Shown: one piece after another, positions 26,673 to 40,400 of the stretch
Numbering within the stretch: the stretch's first letter is position 1
Layout: the number at the start of each line of letters is the position of its first letter
DNA from: Selaginella moellendorffii
Taxonomy: Eukaryota; Plantae; Lycopodiophyta
Assembly: GCF_000143415.4 (NCBI RefSeq)
Contig: NW_003314261.1
Span: 2,801,266 to 2,865,265, forward strand
Direction: 5' to 3'
DNA: 64,000 nt
Program-made: the position numbers and the translations under genes
Notes under the pieces: model-generated
Database searches by the model: none
The model's input: only the letters and a program-made list of their open reading frames with translations
What the model was told of the DNA's origin: nothing

Positions 26673-27825
26673 TACCGCGACGATAGCAACGGGGGATTCT
26701 TTAGCAACGGTGGGGGGGAAGAACGATCGGCATAAGAAGGTTTTGTAAAATGGTTTAGCTAGCTAAGAGCGCAGCAGCTAGAGCGAAGCATGAGAGCGAA
26801 CGCTTGCTGTTTTTTTTTTAAATCTCACTGGAGAAGAATAAGGTTCTTTTGGCGGACAGCTTGAGCGCGTCTTTGGATTGATCTAACTTTTCTTTGCTGT
26901 GATATCCATCCAGATCCAGTGCGCGAAATCGCCCAAAAGTTTTTAAGCATTCGTGCGGGATCGATATGAAAGCACTCAGCAAAGCGAGGTTTTGGTGGAA
27001 TTTTTGGGTGCTCCTGTCGGTGAAAACGCTGGTCTCCATTAACGTTTGCATGGAATTTGTGTCAGGATCCGCAAGAACACCAAAGAAAAGTTTTTTAAGC
27101 ATTGTTCCCACTTTTGTGGGTGCTAAGCAGTGGATTCCTTCTGATCAAAGGATCATGGCTGGAAATTATACAAAATTACCTATCGTCCATTGTAGCCTAT
27201 TTCATATCCCTTTCATGTCTGCTTCTCGTGTTCCTGGCACACTGATTGCCCGCATTGGGAACGTGTTGGTCGTACACGTGGCAAGGCGTCTCGTGACACG
27301 TCACCGGCGACTTGCCCACGTCACGTCCCTTCCACACCGCCACCACGTGTTGCGGGGCCCACTCGAGGCGCGCGTCCGCCACGTGTGCCGTACACCGGAA
27401 CCGGATATTCTGCCCTGTGGAGGGCGGAGATTCGGCGGGCATCTTTATTGACCGTCAGACAACGACGCTGACCGGTCCCAAGGGCGCTATTTAAAACCTT
27501 CAAACTACCTGACTCGGAATTTAGGGCTGAGCAATTTTTTTTGGGTGTGCGGAGGAATCAGAGCGTGTGTTCTTGCGTTGCCGATCTGCGCGCTCGCGTG
27601 TCTCGATCGGGGATTTTAAAGAAATCTCGCGATTTCGGCGTGTGATTGGGGTGAGCTAGAGCTATCGGCTGTGTCGGTTAGCCATTTCTTCTCCTCTGCG
27701 AATGCAGGCTTGAGATTTTAATTGCTTTGGCAAGGCGGCGGCTGGCTGCTGGCAATAGTTTTTTTTTCCCTCTTTTTCTTGTTTTCGCTTGGCGCCGTGT
27801 AGATCGATCGACAGATAGATCGAGG

Positions 27826-29191
27826 ATGGTCGGAGAGCCAGTCGTGCTGTTGGTGACCGATGCCGCTGCGCTGCCCGGAAGCGCCGTCGTTTGGGCGATG
27901 AGCGCCTTCGCGGACAAGGCAGCTCTCGGCAAGAGCCTCGCGATCTCTACTCATGCATCTCAATTCGGTCAGTCAATGTTTCCATTCGTTACCTTGTTCT
28001 TATTCTTCATCGGGACTTAATATTTTCTTTTTCCTCTTCAGGTGGGAAGCTCAAGCAATCTTCGTCTAGCTTGGAAGTCGTAATTTCTCTTGGAATTGCG
28101 TCACTAGAGTGGGTCAAGGAGGTCTCTCGAGTGCTGAAACCGGGAGGGATTCTCGTTGTTCGTACGAGCGAGGTGTATTTTTTTTTCTTCGTTTTTCTTT
28201 CGTTTTTTTTTAAAACTTAGCTCATGTGATTCTCGTGTTCAAGTTGCTAACTTGACGTGAATTTCAGGATAAGGCAGCAGTACAGCGAAGCCTTGTATTG
28301 GCCGGCTTTGTAAGCATTGAGACAATGGAACCTGTGGAAGGGCTTTCTCTCGCAGATGGCTTATCAGGAATTTCCCTGAGTCACTCCGTTTTGGTACGAC
28401 AAATATTTCAAGCTTCTCTCTTGATCCTTACCTCGTTCTTCTCTTTTCTCGTTTCGTATAATTCAAGCTTCGAGCACAAAAGCCGGCATGGGAAGCTGGA
28501 GTCTCGTTTCCAATCAAGAGAAAAGCAGTGGCGGCTCAAGGTGACAAGAAAATCATCTGGACGTTATAGAAATGTGGGGAACTAACCAGAGAAGTTTTTA
28601 ACAGGCACGGCAGTCGAGCGCGCCGTAACTTCAAACGGTTCTTCTGCTATAGCAAGCTGGAAACTCCCAACGGTGGATTTGGATGAGGATGATTTCGATC
28701 TTGTCGACGAGGATAGTTTGCTTACAGAGGAGGACTTGAAACGCCCCGAATTGCCTGCAGGTCTGATCCGTCTCGAATTTCACACTCAATTGTGCCTTTT
28801 CTCATTTTCTTCCTCTTTTGTTTGCAGCTGACGACTGTGAAGTTGGAAATGCTGGTCGCAAGGCCTGCAAGAACTGCACTTGTGGCCGTGCTGAGCTTGA
28901 AGAGGAAGGAAAACTTCCGGACGAGTTGTTAAACAATCCGATATCTCAGTGTGGAAACGTAAGTTTTGCTGCCTTTTCTCGCTCCAAAGTTCTCATAAGT
29001 CGCTCTCCAGTGTGGCCTGGGTGATGCTTTTCGTTGTGGAACTTGCCCGTATCGAGGACTTCCTCCATTCAAACTTGGCGAGAAGGTGAGCGAGCCTTTT
29101 CTTATCGAGTCCTCTTGGTCTCAATAACTCTTTGCGTTCTTTTCCCTTTCAGATCACTCTTTCGGGCACGCTGCTAACAGCTGATGTTTGA
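27826..29191 (+). CDS. DRE2: Anamorsin/Dre2 cytosolic Fe-S assembly factor; spliced
   Basis: N-terminal methyltransferase-like region (RVLKPGG), acidic linker [11 protein letters not shown], motifs [15 protein letters not shown] and [21 protein letters not shown]. Confidence 0.93.
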
Positions 29192-29460
29192 GCGATATGA
29201 TTCATAGCCGGGGACGTAAATGGATCATCCCCTTGTCACAAAATTCCGGTTTTGCAAGGAGCAAAAGCTTTGATATGTTTTCTTTTAGAAATCAAAAAAC
29301 TGTTGAAAACTGACTAGAAAGAGCGTGTCGATCGGATGATCCAAATCCAGGAAGTTTAAATTCGACGGGTATTGGATTCGAACACGCAACCTTTCACACT
29401 GTTTTTCCCGCGTAAATTTGAAAAAAGCCCTAGAGTGGAAGAATGAGGGTCACAGCAGCG

Positions 29461-32400
29461 ATGGATTCTTCGCCCGAAGCGCTGCTCGTCCGGATCTTCA
29501 ACGAGTGCCAGCAGGCGCACGCATCGCATCGGCGGCATCTCAAGGATCTTGTCAAATCCAGGCGCCAGCAAGACCAGCAAGAGTTCGCAGGGCTTTTCAA
29601 GAGGTTTGTGACCCCGATCTTCGATGTCATGAAGAAGGAGCCAGCAGTAGAGCGGATTGTCAAGTTTGTGGCCAGCGTAGTCTCGTTTAGGGACGAGAAT
29701 GCGGCGGAGTGTGATGCGTTTCTGGAGGATTTCGTAGACTTCCTTCTCTCTGCGGTTGATTCTTCCAACAAGAGCGTCCGATATCGTAGCTGCCAAATTC
29801 TTTCTGAGGTGAGCATAGGTTTTCTGTTCTTTCTTTTTTCTTGTGTGCTTATTTCACCCGATAGTTTTCATCGATCAAGCTCACGATTTTCTTCGCCCTA
29901 TAGGTGATCATGATGTTGGGAGAGGACACTGAAGTAAATGCGGAGCTCTGGGATGAGATGACTGCTGCCATGGAACGAAGAATCCAGGATAAAATTGCCG
30001 GCATCAGAGTTTTTGCTGCTCGTTCTCTGGGTCGTTTATTTTCCGATGACAAAGACAATTCGCAGTACCGACTTTCCTTACAATTTGATCCTAGTCCCGT
30101 AAGTTCTATTTGTATTTCTTTGTTTTCTCGCTTGCTTACACTTTTACCAGGACGTGAGAAAAGCAGCTCTCTTGGCCATTCCGGTCTTAAATGCAACGAT
30201 CTCGGATATTGTTAGCAGAACGGGCGATGTGAGCGCAGCGGTTCGGAAAGCAGCGTGTTCAGTCATAAGAGACATTCCCATACAGAGTCTGAGGTGAGCG
30301 TTTGAGATTTCGTTAGCAGGAGCTGATTCACGTTTAATTTTAACAGTATTCGCCAGCGGGCGCTTGTGCTTCAGCGTGGACTGCTGGACAGGGAGTCCAC
30401 AGTGCAAGTCGAGTGTAGGAGCTTGTTGAAAGATGGATGGCTCACGAGAGATTGCCAGAAGGATCCCTTGATCCTTCTTAAGCTCCTTGACGTTGAAACA
30501 AATGAGAAAGCGGGAGAGCTTGTGATGCAACAACTTTTGACAGAAGACTGCATGGTGGTGGACAACAGTAAAAGCCTTAGAGACTACTTAGATCATGATG
30601 GCACCAATGAAGGTAACTTACATTCTGCGTACCTCTCGCTTTTCAACTTTTTTTTATAGGAAAGATTCGGTTCATGGAACCTGAAGAAGCGCTGTATTGG
30701 AGAACGCTATGTGCACACCTACACACGGAGGCTCAGGTTGCGTTTTGTGTCTAAATGCTGCGTTAGATTTTGAAAAGTTTGTTAACTTAATTGAAGGCGA
30801 AGAGCTCGGACGCGGCAAAATCTCGAGGGGCTCAAGCTGACGTTCTTGAAGCCGTTGCGGCTGATAAAGCTCAGTTGCTGGACTCGATACTACCGGCAAC
30901 GGTTGCAGAATTTGTTACGCTGGTCGAGGCACATCATACCGCAGGTATACTATACTCTCTAGTCGATGCTAATCTTCTAATGCTAATGACTTTTTCTGAA
31001 GGATCAAGTCAATCGTTTGTGTCTCGCCAACTCCTCCTGCTAGCCAACGTGCTTGACTTTTCGGACATGGCAAGCAGAAAATGCGCCGCGGCTTCGATAA
31101 ATAATTTTCTTTACCAGTGGACAAGTCCTGATCGCGGTCCCGAAATGACTGGAGATGGAATCTATCTGGGAGGGGGGAAGGAATGGTCCGACGCATTTGT
31201 GCAGCTTGCCAAGAAAGTTCATGCAACCCCAGATGCTTTTGAGGAGGCGATGGCTCAAGTTGCACTGGACTTGGGAAAAGTTTGCAGAGAAGGAGGGGCC
31301 GGTGCTCTTCAATGGCTTCAATGTTTGGCAACAACCGGCATTTTACTGGAAAACCTGAGATCAATACGCCAGTTCCCTGCTCATGTAATGGAAACACAAG
31401 AGATGGTTGACGGATTACTCATCCCTGCGGTAAGTGAATTGAAATGGTCGACGCTAACGCTGATGCTTGCTATAGGCCAACCACTTGGTGGCGGACGTTC
31501 GACGAGCAGGCGTCAGATGCTTGTCCCTGTACTGTTTGTCCGAAGAGCATCCAAGCGTGCGGGTTATCCGCCAACTTGAAGAAGCTCTTGTCAAGAGTTC
31601 TGGTGCTGAGAAGATCATGGCCATCAAAGGCATGTTCGACCTTTTGATGTCCCATGGTGCTGGGTTAATGGACAGTCAGCGGGCATCTCATTCTCCTGGG
31701 CAGATGCAGCTGCCTCTTCTGCAGCTGCTAGCAGATATTCTGAGCGACCAACACGATATTTATGTTCAGGAGGACATAGGGGAAACAGAGTCCGCAAGAA
31801 GTGTTGCAGCCGAAGGTTTTGCAAAGTTGCTATTGCATAGTAAGCGATTTCCGGAGCTGGGCCTTGTCCGGAGCAGGGTTCTATGTGACTTATTTCGCAT
31901 GTACTTCGACGAAGACACGAAAAGCATCCCGAGGTACGTCGTTTTTGCTCGTGCCAAAAGCTAATACTTTCTCCAGGTTGGGACAATGTCTTTCTGTTTT
32001 CTTTCACAACTACGCGTCGGCTACACCAGAACATAAGGTAATATTGAAAGCTCTGTCTGATCCATCCATCAACTATGTACGTGTTTGCAGCGGTGCATCG
32101 CTGAGGTTTTCGTCCCTGTGTTGCGTAAAGAATGGCCTGGTCTTACTGGAAGTGCATGCAACTCACATATCGCCGCGATCAGGAAAAAAAATGCGTCTCA
32201 ATTGTCGCGGTTTATGCTTGAGCTCCTGAAGCACCCATTGTTCTCGCACCAAAACCCCGATGAGTCCGCTGACTTCGCAATCCTTGCAATCGATCTAGCT
32301 CGTGAGGTAGATATGAAAACCATTAATTGACACTGTGACCAGCTTACTTTCCAGATAATGCGGTTTTCATCGAGAAAAACACTAGCTGTTAAAGCTTACA

Positions 32401-33068
32401 AGTCCGTGCTTTGCAAGGTTCTCGTTTCATTAAAGTTTCTGCCGTCACGACAGAAAGAGATCAAGGTTATGAGACCGCTCCTTTCTCTGTAAGTTACCAG
32501 CATTTAGACCAGCTGATTTTTTTTTTTTTTCTTTCGGCAGGGTCATCGATGAGATGGCGGGAGAGAAGCTTCTGCTCAAGGAACTCAGGGCAATGGCTGC
32601 AGAGCTCAAGAGCTTGGACTCGACTAAGGATGAAACTATTGGAAACGACGAGCTAGAGACTCTCCTAGGTAACGTAGACATGAAGTCCTAGATTTTACGT
32701 CGACACGTTTTTCTTTTTGTGAAGCTTCGTTGGGATTCCTTGCCGAAGACGCTCCGCCAGAAGCAGCTAAAACACCAGCTGGGCGAAGTAAGCCTCTCAA
32801 AGTTCAAGAAAACTCTGGTTATCCAACTTTTGTCTTTCCAGAGCCCAAGGCACGAGCTCCGTCAGGTGTTTCTTCCGATTCTTCCGAGAGTGGCGTCCAG
32901 ACGCCACCAAAAGCCACCGCCAGCGTCGCTCGGTCGCAGCGGAATTGCAAGACAGTGGCGATGGAGCGAATGCAATCGATCCGAGCGACCGCCAAGAGCA
33001 AGATGATCGATTTCGAGTCGGAAGAGAGCGAGACAACGTCAGAGGAAGAACTTGAGTCTCCTATATAA
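29461..33068 (+). CDS. CAP-G: Condensin I subunit CAP-G (HEAT repeats); multi-exon
   Basis: MDSSPEALLVRIFNECQ..KKEPAVERIVKF, NKSVRYRSCQI, AEGFAKLLL, RLGQCLSVFF, low-complexity tail ending EEELESPI*. Confidence 0.88.
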
Positions 33069-33115
33069 GTTTGTAAGAAAGATCCAGAGTTTAGGGTTTT
33101 TCGAAGATCAAAAAA

Positions 33116-34904
33116 ATGGAGGGATCTGGAGCTCATGCCGCTGGGGGAAGCTCGGGTACGTTTGGAGCTCATGCCGCTGGGGGAAGCTCGGGTACGTTTG
33201 GGAGCTCCGATTCTCGGGACGATTGGAGCGGCGCTTATGATCCCTATCGGCACTCCAGCTATGATCGCGATCGCATCGCGGATCACCGACAATCCGGCAC
33301 GCAAAGGGGGAGCCCTTCGGCCTGTTGTTGGCTCCCCCCAGTTTTCATTCTAGGTACCGCATTTGATCTCTCTCGCGCTCTCTTTCTTGTTCCTAGAGAC
33401 CGACTCTTTGTAGATTTGTCGGTGCAGCTACTGTATTGTCTTTGTTTGGCCTCCATCCTCCACTGGAAATCGAAGCTGGACTGGGCTACTCGCGTCTCAT
33501 CGATACCAATCCACTGTTTGTACGAGAAATCCAGGTTCTTCCTCTTTGATCTTCCTTCTCCTTTGGAGTGGCCTTGAAATTTTTTTGTTTTTCTTTAGGT
33601 GAGAAGATTTCAGGGAACTGGAGAACCAGTTGTTTACTCGTTCCACCACCGTCCAGCTTTGGAAGACGTTTTGGAATGGTCACATGACTATGATCAAGGT
33701 TTTCATGCCCAAAGCCACCAGGTGTGAGTCGCGATCTTTTCTATAGCATTTGCATGTCTTGTTCGCAGTTTTGATTTATTTATTTATTTATTTATTTTTT
33801 CGGTAGGAATGGGCATTGTGGCTCAACAAAGGTTCTGTGATAACAATAAAATACAACGTCAAGGAGCCGGACTCGAATCTTATATTTGCGATTTTTCAAG
33901 GTTCTTGCTGCTTAAGTGGTGCGTGGATTCACTGGTTGTTCTTCGTGCAGGCAAAGAGAACTTCCTTACTTGGGTGTCTGATCCATTGCATCCAACTTCT
34001 TCTGTTTTCCGCCAGAAAGTGAAAGGTAGCGCGCTTATCGTTCATGTCGGCAACTGTATATTGACTATGTCTGGACAGGAAGTGGAGTCTTCGAGTATTT
34101 CATCGAGGAAGATGGTGATTACTATTTCGCCTTCGGAAACATGAACGACTATTATGTAGAGGTAGAAACAGTGTGATGGTTTCTGTTAATTTCGGAACTT
34201 TTGCGGGGTTGATAGGTGGCTCTGCGGCTCGAGGCTCAGCTAAAAGCTTACAGCACGAAAAATCATGATTCTCGGTGCTCCTTGAAGTCGGACGTCTGCA
34301 AAATCAAGCTTCCTCTCTTTCAATCTACGTCGATTCTGTTGACCACCTCGGAACACGATGGGTTGCAACACATGAGAGTCAGGTACAAAGCTCGTTGGGC
34401 TACATTCGTAGTTGGCTTTGGTACGTTTGGGTTGAAAGTTCTGTTTTTCTTTTGTTGTGTGGCACTAACTTCGGCTTCTGTCTGTAGGAGCCTTGGTGGC
34501 TGTTTTGGTACTTCTGGTGAAGAAAAATCCCTGCAAGAAAGCTGACAATAGGAAAGAGGAGAAAACTAAGCCTGAAGACGCCTCCCCGCTTATTGATGAA
34601 AAACTATCAAACGAGCAGCCTAGTGTTGATCATCGGCCTGCGGAAGGTTCACATTCAAGTCCAGGCGACGAGCAGCTATGCGCAATCTGCCTGGATGCGC
34701 CAAAAGACAGTTTCTTTGATCCGTGCGGCCACTGTGCGACTTGCTATGCGTGCGGAGAGAGGTAACTCATTCTTTTCTAGATTCATTGCGTGAATGGTCT
34801 CTCGTTCCTTTGGTCTTTGCAACAGAATCAAAGCGAGCGGGAACGCAATCTGTCCCATTTGCCGGGAGAACATAAGGACTGTTCGCCGACTCTTTGTTTC
34901 ATGA
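33116..34904 (+). CDS. APD-like membrane RING-HC E3 ubiquitin ligase; spliced
   Basis: TM segment, [27 protein letters not shown], second TM, C-terminal [25 protein letters not shown]...CPICRE. Confidence 0.8.
33127..33198 (+). repeat. Perfect 36-bp tandem duplication in the coding 5' end ([12 protein letters not shown] x2)
   Basis: TGGAGCTCATGCCGCTGGGGGAAGCTCGGGTACGTT occurs twice in tandem. Confidence 0.95.
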
Positions 34905-35254
34905 CTTTGAGGTAAATTCATTCGAGTCTCTCGTTTAATCTTTGTGTTCTTAACAAATGTATCAGTACAAATAGAACCGTGCAAAAGAATAGAAGGTGAC
35001 TTGTATATAGAGTAGGACGCTCGATCCTTGCAAAGTAAGAACGATTACGTTCACAGCTCCATGCTCCATACTTTCCAAAATTGTTAATCAAGCTTTTCGA
35101 CGCTTATGATCTAACGGTTGATTTCATCGCCGATCCAACGGTTGTTGAGAGAAGAGGTCATCGACGATCTAACGGTTGTTAAGAGAAGATGTCATCAACG
35201 GTTTAAATCTCCCTCGCTAAGCGGGAAGAAATATTTTGGATTGGAGAGCGAGCG

Positions 35255-36751
35255 ATGGCGGAGGGCAGCCGACAGGCGGAGATGCGTAGCCGCGCTGGAA
35301 TCCTGGACTTCTCGGACAAGAATGCCGCCCTCGCTCCGACCGTAAGCTCCTTCTCCTCTGATTTGACGAGTGTGGATGGACGATCATATCTTTCGCAGGC
35401 GCCAGGCAAAGGTCTCGCGATCATGGATTCCTCTGGAGAAATTGGCGCCGGCTCCTTGATCGTAAGCTATTCTCCCCTCGATTATCATGAATCGGCATTG
35501 CTTGCCACAATCTGGTGTGTTTCTTAGATCCAGGAGCTGGACAATGGGGCAAAGAGTCTCGCGACGCTGGCAGATTCCGGGGATTCGGCGCTTTCTGGCA
35601 AGGAAACCCTGGCTGTCGAGTCCAATAACGTCGGGAAGAACGTTTCTTGGATCCCTTCTTGGGATTTGGAGGTCGAGGTGCTGCGGCGATTGACTTTGGA
35701 TGATCTCGCACGACTAAGGTGTGTGTCCAAGTCCTGGAAGGAAAAGGTGTCTCAGTACGTCAGCGCTAGACCATCCCTCGCCAGCACGGTGATGATCTTT
35801 CAGGCAAAATCCCCTCGACTAGCCTACGAACAGGTGTCCTGGCTACTCAACGACGATGGCTGGATTCGAAAGCCAGTGACACTGCCAGAGAAGCCAGGAA
35901 GCCCGGAAGCGTTGGGGTCGCATCTTCTAAGGAGAAGGTTCATCGTCACACACAGCGGAAACTTTCTTCTCGTGGTTTTGGAGCCTGGAAAGTACGCGAT
36001 CTACGAGCCACTCAGCATGAAATTTTCGGAGCTCCCCCTCGCCGAAGAAAGTGGTGGCTGGAGAGAGGTGTTAGCAGCTCTATACAGGACGGAGTTCGCA
36101 TGCTTGATAAACCAGGCGAGCAGTGAGGTGATGATCACGACTTATACCGAAGATGGCACCTGGCTACCATGGTCGAAGACAAAGTACGATGATCCGGCTG
36201 GCCAGTCTCACCACCGCTGGCTCGAACTTGGCGTGCTCATGCCCGGTGGCTCTTACACGATTGTTTTCATGGACCTCGTCAGGCTTAATGTGGGAGTCCT
36301 CCGACTGGACGGTCCAACACCACAGATGCTCCAAGCTCCGCGCCTCGCAAGTGTTGACACCGGTCTTGTCTACTTCAACGGCCAAGAAGTGAAGCTCTTG
36401 GAGATCACCAGCAGTGCCACATACGTTCCCTGGACTTTGGACCTCGAGAATGAGAATCTTTCCTGGACAAGAGGGAGCCCGTGGCCGGCTGCCCCCGAGA
36501 GCTTCCACAAGCGGGTGAAGAAGGGAAACCGGGGAGTTCCAGCCAGGGTTCCGACAGAGTTCCGACAGATCCATGGAGTCCCGGCTCATATACGGGTGAC
36601 AGAGAGAGGAGACGAGGTCATGTTCTTTGTCCTCAACACTGCAGAGATTCACTGCTACAACCGAGCAAATTCAGCATGGGGAGTAAAGCGATTGCCGAAG
36701 CATGGAGTACCAGATGGAGACGGGATCCTCCTTGGTCCACTAGCCTTGTAA
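35255..36751 (+). CDS. F-box protein with divergent C-terminal domain (two short 5' introns)
   Basis: IPSWDLEVEVLRRLTLDDLARLRCVSKSWK F-box consensus; long last exon ~35528-36751. Confidence 0.75.
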
Positions 36752-37332
36752 AGGTACTTGCAATTCTCTCTCTCTCTCTCTCTCTCGATGAACTTGCATT
36801 CCAGTTGAATTGTTGAAGCACGAATGATCGAGAGTTCATTGCTTTGTGCAAAGTAGAGTTCTTCCTTCTGCAAAGAAATGAAAACCGGATGGAAAAAAGG
36901 TGATCACGGAGTGTCTCAGGAAAGAAAGTTAGAAACGAAGTTTTAAAGCATGCCGGGCCCTTTGATCCTTCTTTTAAGCCCTTCACGTTGAAACAGATGA
37001 GGAAGCTGGAGAGTAAGGACTTGATGTGAAGAGCAGTAAAAGCTGTCGAGACATTCTGAGTACCTCTCGTTCTTCAACCTGTTTTCGATTCAGGTGTTCC
37101 GAAAAAAACAATTTCAAGTTAAAGAGCTCCATTGACTTTGTTGACTTTTCATTGACTTAAATTGAAATGTGGTATGGGCTCATTTCATGCACTGAAGTCC
37201 ATGCAAAGACAATATATTCAAGTCAATGAAACTCAATGCAAGTTAAAAGTCCAAGAAAGATTTTTGCGTCCGAAACTAGCTACGGGAGTCTTCTTTGCAG
37301 AATCCCGTGCCATGCTTTACAAATTTTCTTCG

Positions 37333-38943
37333 TTAGCTCGTTCCAACAAAGAACACCTGTGCTGTTTCGTCGTCTGACGCAGAGACAAGGAACTGGCCAT
37401 CGCTGCATAGCCGAGAACCGTGAGCAACGCAATCACACCAAATACTTTCACAGCTCTACCTTGTTACTGCCATCCCTTGAATGCTCTCGCCATGACCGCG
37501 ATAAGTTCTCAAGCACGCCCCACTCCTTGCGTCCCACTGCCAGAGCTTGCCATCCTCACAGCCAGTGAAGACTTGCTCGCCATTGCACGACCACACAAGC
37601 TTGTAAATCCCAGACTGCCAAACGGAGAAGGATCGATGCAAAGAGATCGAAAACAAAGAAAAGAGCTACTGTGTACCGTGTGTTCGCAAGTCAATCGTGG
37701 CGAGAAGCTGTGGTAGAAGTCCCAGATTACGAGCTTTTGGTCCTGTCCTCCCGTGGCTGCTAGCGCCAAACTACAAATCAGAGAAACGACTACATCAGGA
37801 ACTTTTTTTAAAATCTCTCTTGGCTCCCGCTCCTTTTGGTTCTTTTTTCTTTACCTGGGAGATATAGCAGCGCACTCAACCGACGCGTCGTGCACGTCAT
37901 TGAACACGTGAAGAACCTGAAAGGCATACGTAAGAGGAACTTTCAATGATAGAACTAGAGGTGAATCGAACTTTGCCATTTTGTATGCTGATAAGGCGGA
38001 CAAGTCCACATGACGAGCCTGTGAGAGCGAGCTTGGAGTCATTGCTCAAGGCGAGGCAATTAACATCTGCCAAAATTTCGTGAGAACGAAATAAACAAAA
38101 AAGCAAGACTTTACTTTGCTTCACTCCATGAATACATGCTCCAGATTTTGGATCCCAAACGGAAAACCTCTCCTCAGATCCTGTGCAAACTAGCTTCCCT
38201 GCGCAGAAAAAAAAACCAGGCCTATGATTTTCCATCGTCCCAAAGATAACATTACCATCGGGTGTAAAACTTCCACACACCACTGTGCCTTGGTGCCCAA
38301 CAAACATGGTCATGAAAACTCCACTGTCAGCATTCCACATCCACGATGAAAAATCGGATCCAGCGAGTATAACATGGCCGTGAGGGTGCCACCGGATCCA
38401 CTGCATCAAAAAAACACGAGAAGTTTTTTGAGTCGAAAAAACGAGACGAAAAAAAAAAAGAGAGAAGAAAGCATGCCTCGATTTCACCCGGACTTTCAAG
38501 TCTATGCCTCAGATCCCCAGAAAATGGATTCCATATGTTGACAACTCCATCCGCTCCACCGGAGGCGAGGAGAAGGCCATCGCCACTGAATGCCAAGGCC
38601 GTGACACTATCTGTATGGCCTGGAAGAAAATCTATAGAAGAAAACCAAAGGAAAAGATAGAAAAAAAAGACACCAACCTTGGAGGAGGAGAGGGGGTGCT
38701 TCATCACCGATCCTCCAGATGAATGCCCGGTTGTCACAGCCACCAGTAGCAACCAGAGCTGAGTAGCAAGCGATGGAAACAACAGGCTCTGTAGTACGAG
38801 CTCTATGTTTTAGCAAAGCATCAAAATTTCCCAAGAACCTTACCGTCATGGCCCACGAAAACGTGCATAGAATCCTCGTCGACGTCCTCTCCTCCATCTT
38901 CATCTAGCGACATTCGAGCCATCGCAATCTCCTCCTCCGCCAT
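37333..38943 (-). CDS. WD40 protein, AAMP/Sqt1-like; spliced
   Basis: Acidic N-terminus, GH..WD repeats (GHTDSVTALAFSGDG, WIRWHPHGHVILAGS..WMWNA, GHQGTVVCGSFTPDG). Confidence 0.82.
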
Positions 38944-39180
38944 TTCCCTGTACCTAGGGTTTTAGGGTTCTAAATGGTAGCCCTAATATAACGGGCATCT
39001 CTTTGAAGCACTAGACAAATTTTTTGGCTTATACTTCTTGTCTCTTTGAGGAAGTCTTCTCAATGATTTGAACAAGGCTTGAAACATATTTTGTCTTTCC
39101 ATTGGGAAATCAAGCTTTCCAATGTAGCTAAGTTTCCAACAGTTTGCGCAAATAGTAGCATTTCGCTCCTTAGTGCTAGA

Positions 39181-40400
39181 ATGGCGCCTCAAGCACAAGC
39201 TCCTTGTATGGTGGATGATCAAGAATACGAGAACGAGCTCGTCCAAGTTCTCGCTGAAAATGGAATCAAGCAAGTTCCACCAAGTTTTGTGCAAACTGTG
39301 GAGGATGCTGCCAATCAAGGGGACCTCATACCCGTCATTGACATGACCGCGCTTAGAGGTGATTCTAGAAGGGCACCCGAGCTTGCCAAGCTCGCGAGCG
39401 CCTGCCAGGAATGGGGCTTCTTTCAGGTATGTTGCTTTCTTCTTCTCTTTTCTCATTGTTCTTTGTACTCGCTGGAAGGTTATCAACCATGGAGTGGCAA
39501 GCACAAGATCTATTCTAAAATCTGCCAGGGACTTCTTTGAATTGCAGCTGGAGATGAAGAGATCTTGGCAAAAAGTACCAGGCCAAAGCGTTTCTAACAT
39601 CTAAGGATATGGTCGCTACAATACCTCTTCTCAGACCATCTCTGACTGGGTAGACGTCCTGGTCGTGTACACTGAGCCACCATCACGCAAAAACATTGAC
39701 AAATGGCCACTGCAACTCAGGTATCTTCTCCCCTACAATGTTACACTTTCTCAAATACATTATTAAACTTTGGTCTTTCAGAGAAGGCATTGAAAGTTAC
39801 AGTGATGATCTCAAGGAACTTGTGCTGGAGATGAATTGTGCTATATCCGATACACTCGGATTATCTAGAGATTACATCAACAAAATGTGTGGTGAATACT
39901 CGTCTGCGCTTCGAATCAACTTCTATCCTCCATGCCCAGAGCCAGATAAAGCTCTGGGAGTAAGTCCACACTCGGATGGTTCAACCATCACTGTCCTTTG
40001 CGAGGATTCGGGCCATGAAGCTTTACAGGTAAGAAAAGATGGAGATTGGGTATCTGTGAAAGTTGTTCCAAATTCTCTCATTGTCAACATAGGAGACATT
40101 GTCCAGGTACTAAACTTCCTGATATTCAAAGCTTTGATTGTACGAGAAAATTTCTTCCAGGTGATTAGCAATGGGAAGTACAAAAGCGTGGAGCATAGAG
40201 CAGTTGTCAGCTCTGAACATGATCGTATTTCAGCAGTCATGTTTAATTATCCATCTATGAATTCGCACGTGAAAATATTTCCAGCGCCGCCACTTTGCAA
40301 GGATGCTCTATACAAGTCGTTCACTTATTATGAATATCTTTCATTCTATTTGAACCAAAAGGCTCCTGGAAAAGCTCGAGTAGATTCACTTTTGATCTGA
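39181..40400 (+). pseudogene. 2-oxoglutarate/Fe(II) dioxygenase (DOXC class) with in-frame stop at 39602-39604
   Basis: IPVIDM, ACQEWGFFQ|VINHGV, NFYPPCPEP, HSD, SVEHRAV, RISA motifs. Exon 2 reads ..SNI-TAA-GYGRYN. Confidence 0.75.

Noticed and set aside
26966-27451. 161-aa ORF between PAM16 and DRE2, and a possible C/D snoRNA
   Set aside because: No recognisable domain, overlaps promoter-like DNA, and no convincing box C (RUGAUGA) or terminal stem.
33127-33201. Repeats considered as a CRISPR-like array
   Set aside because: Two adjacent copies without spacers, in-frame within a eukaryotic CDS.
36765-36786. (CT)n microsatellite; also (TTTA)n near 33775
   Set aside because: Ordinary simple repeats.
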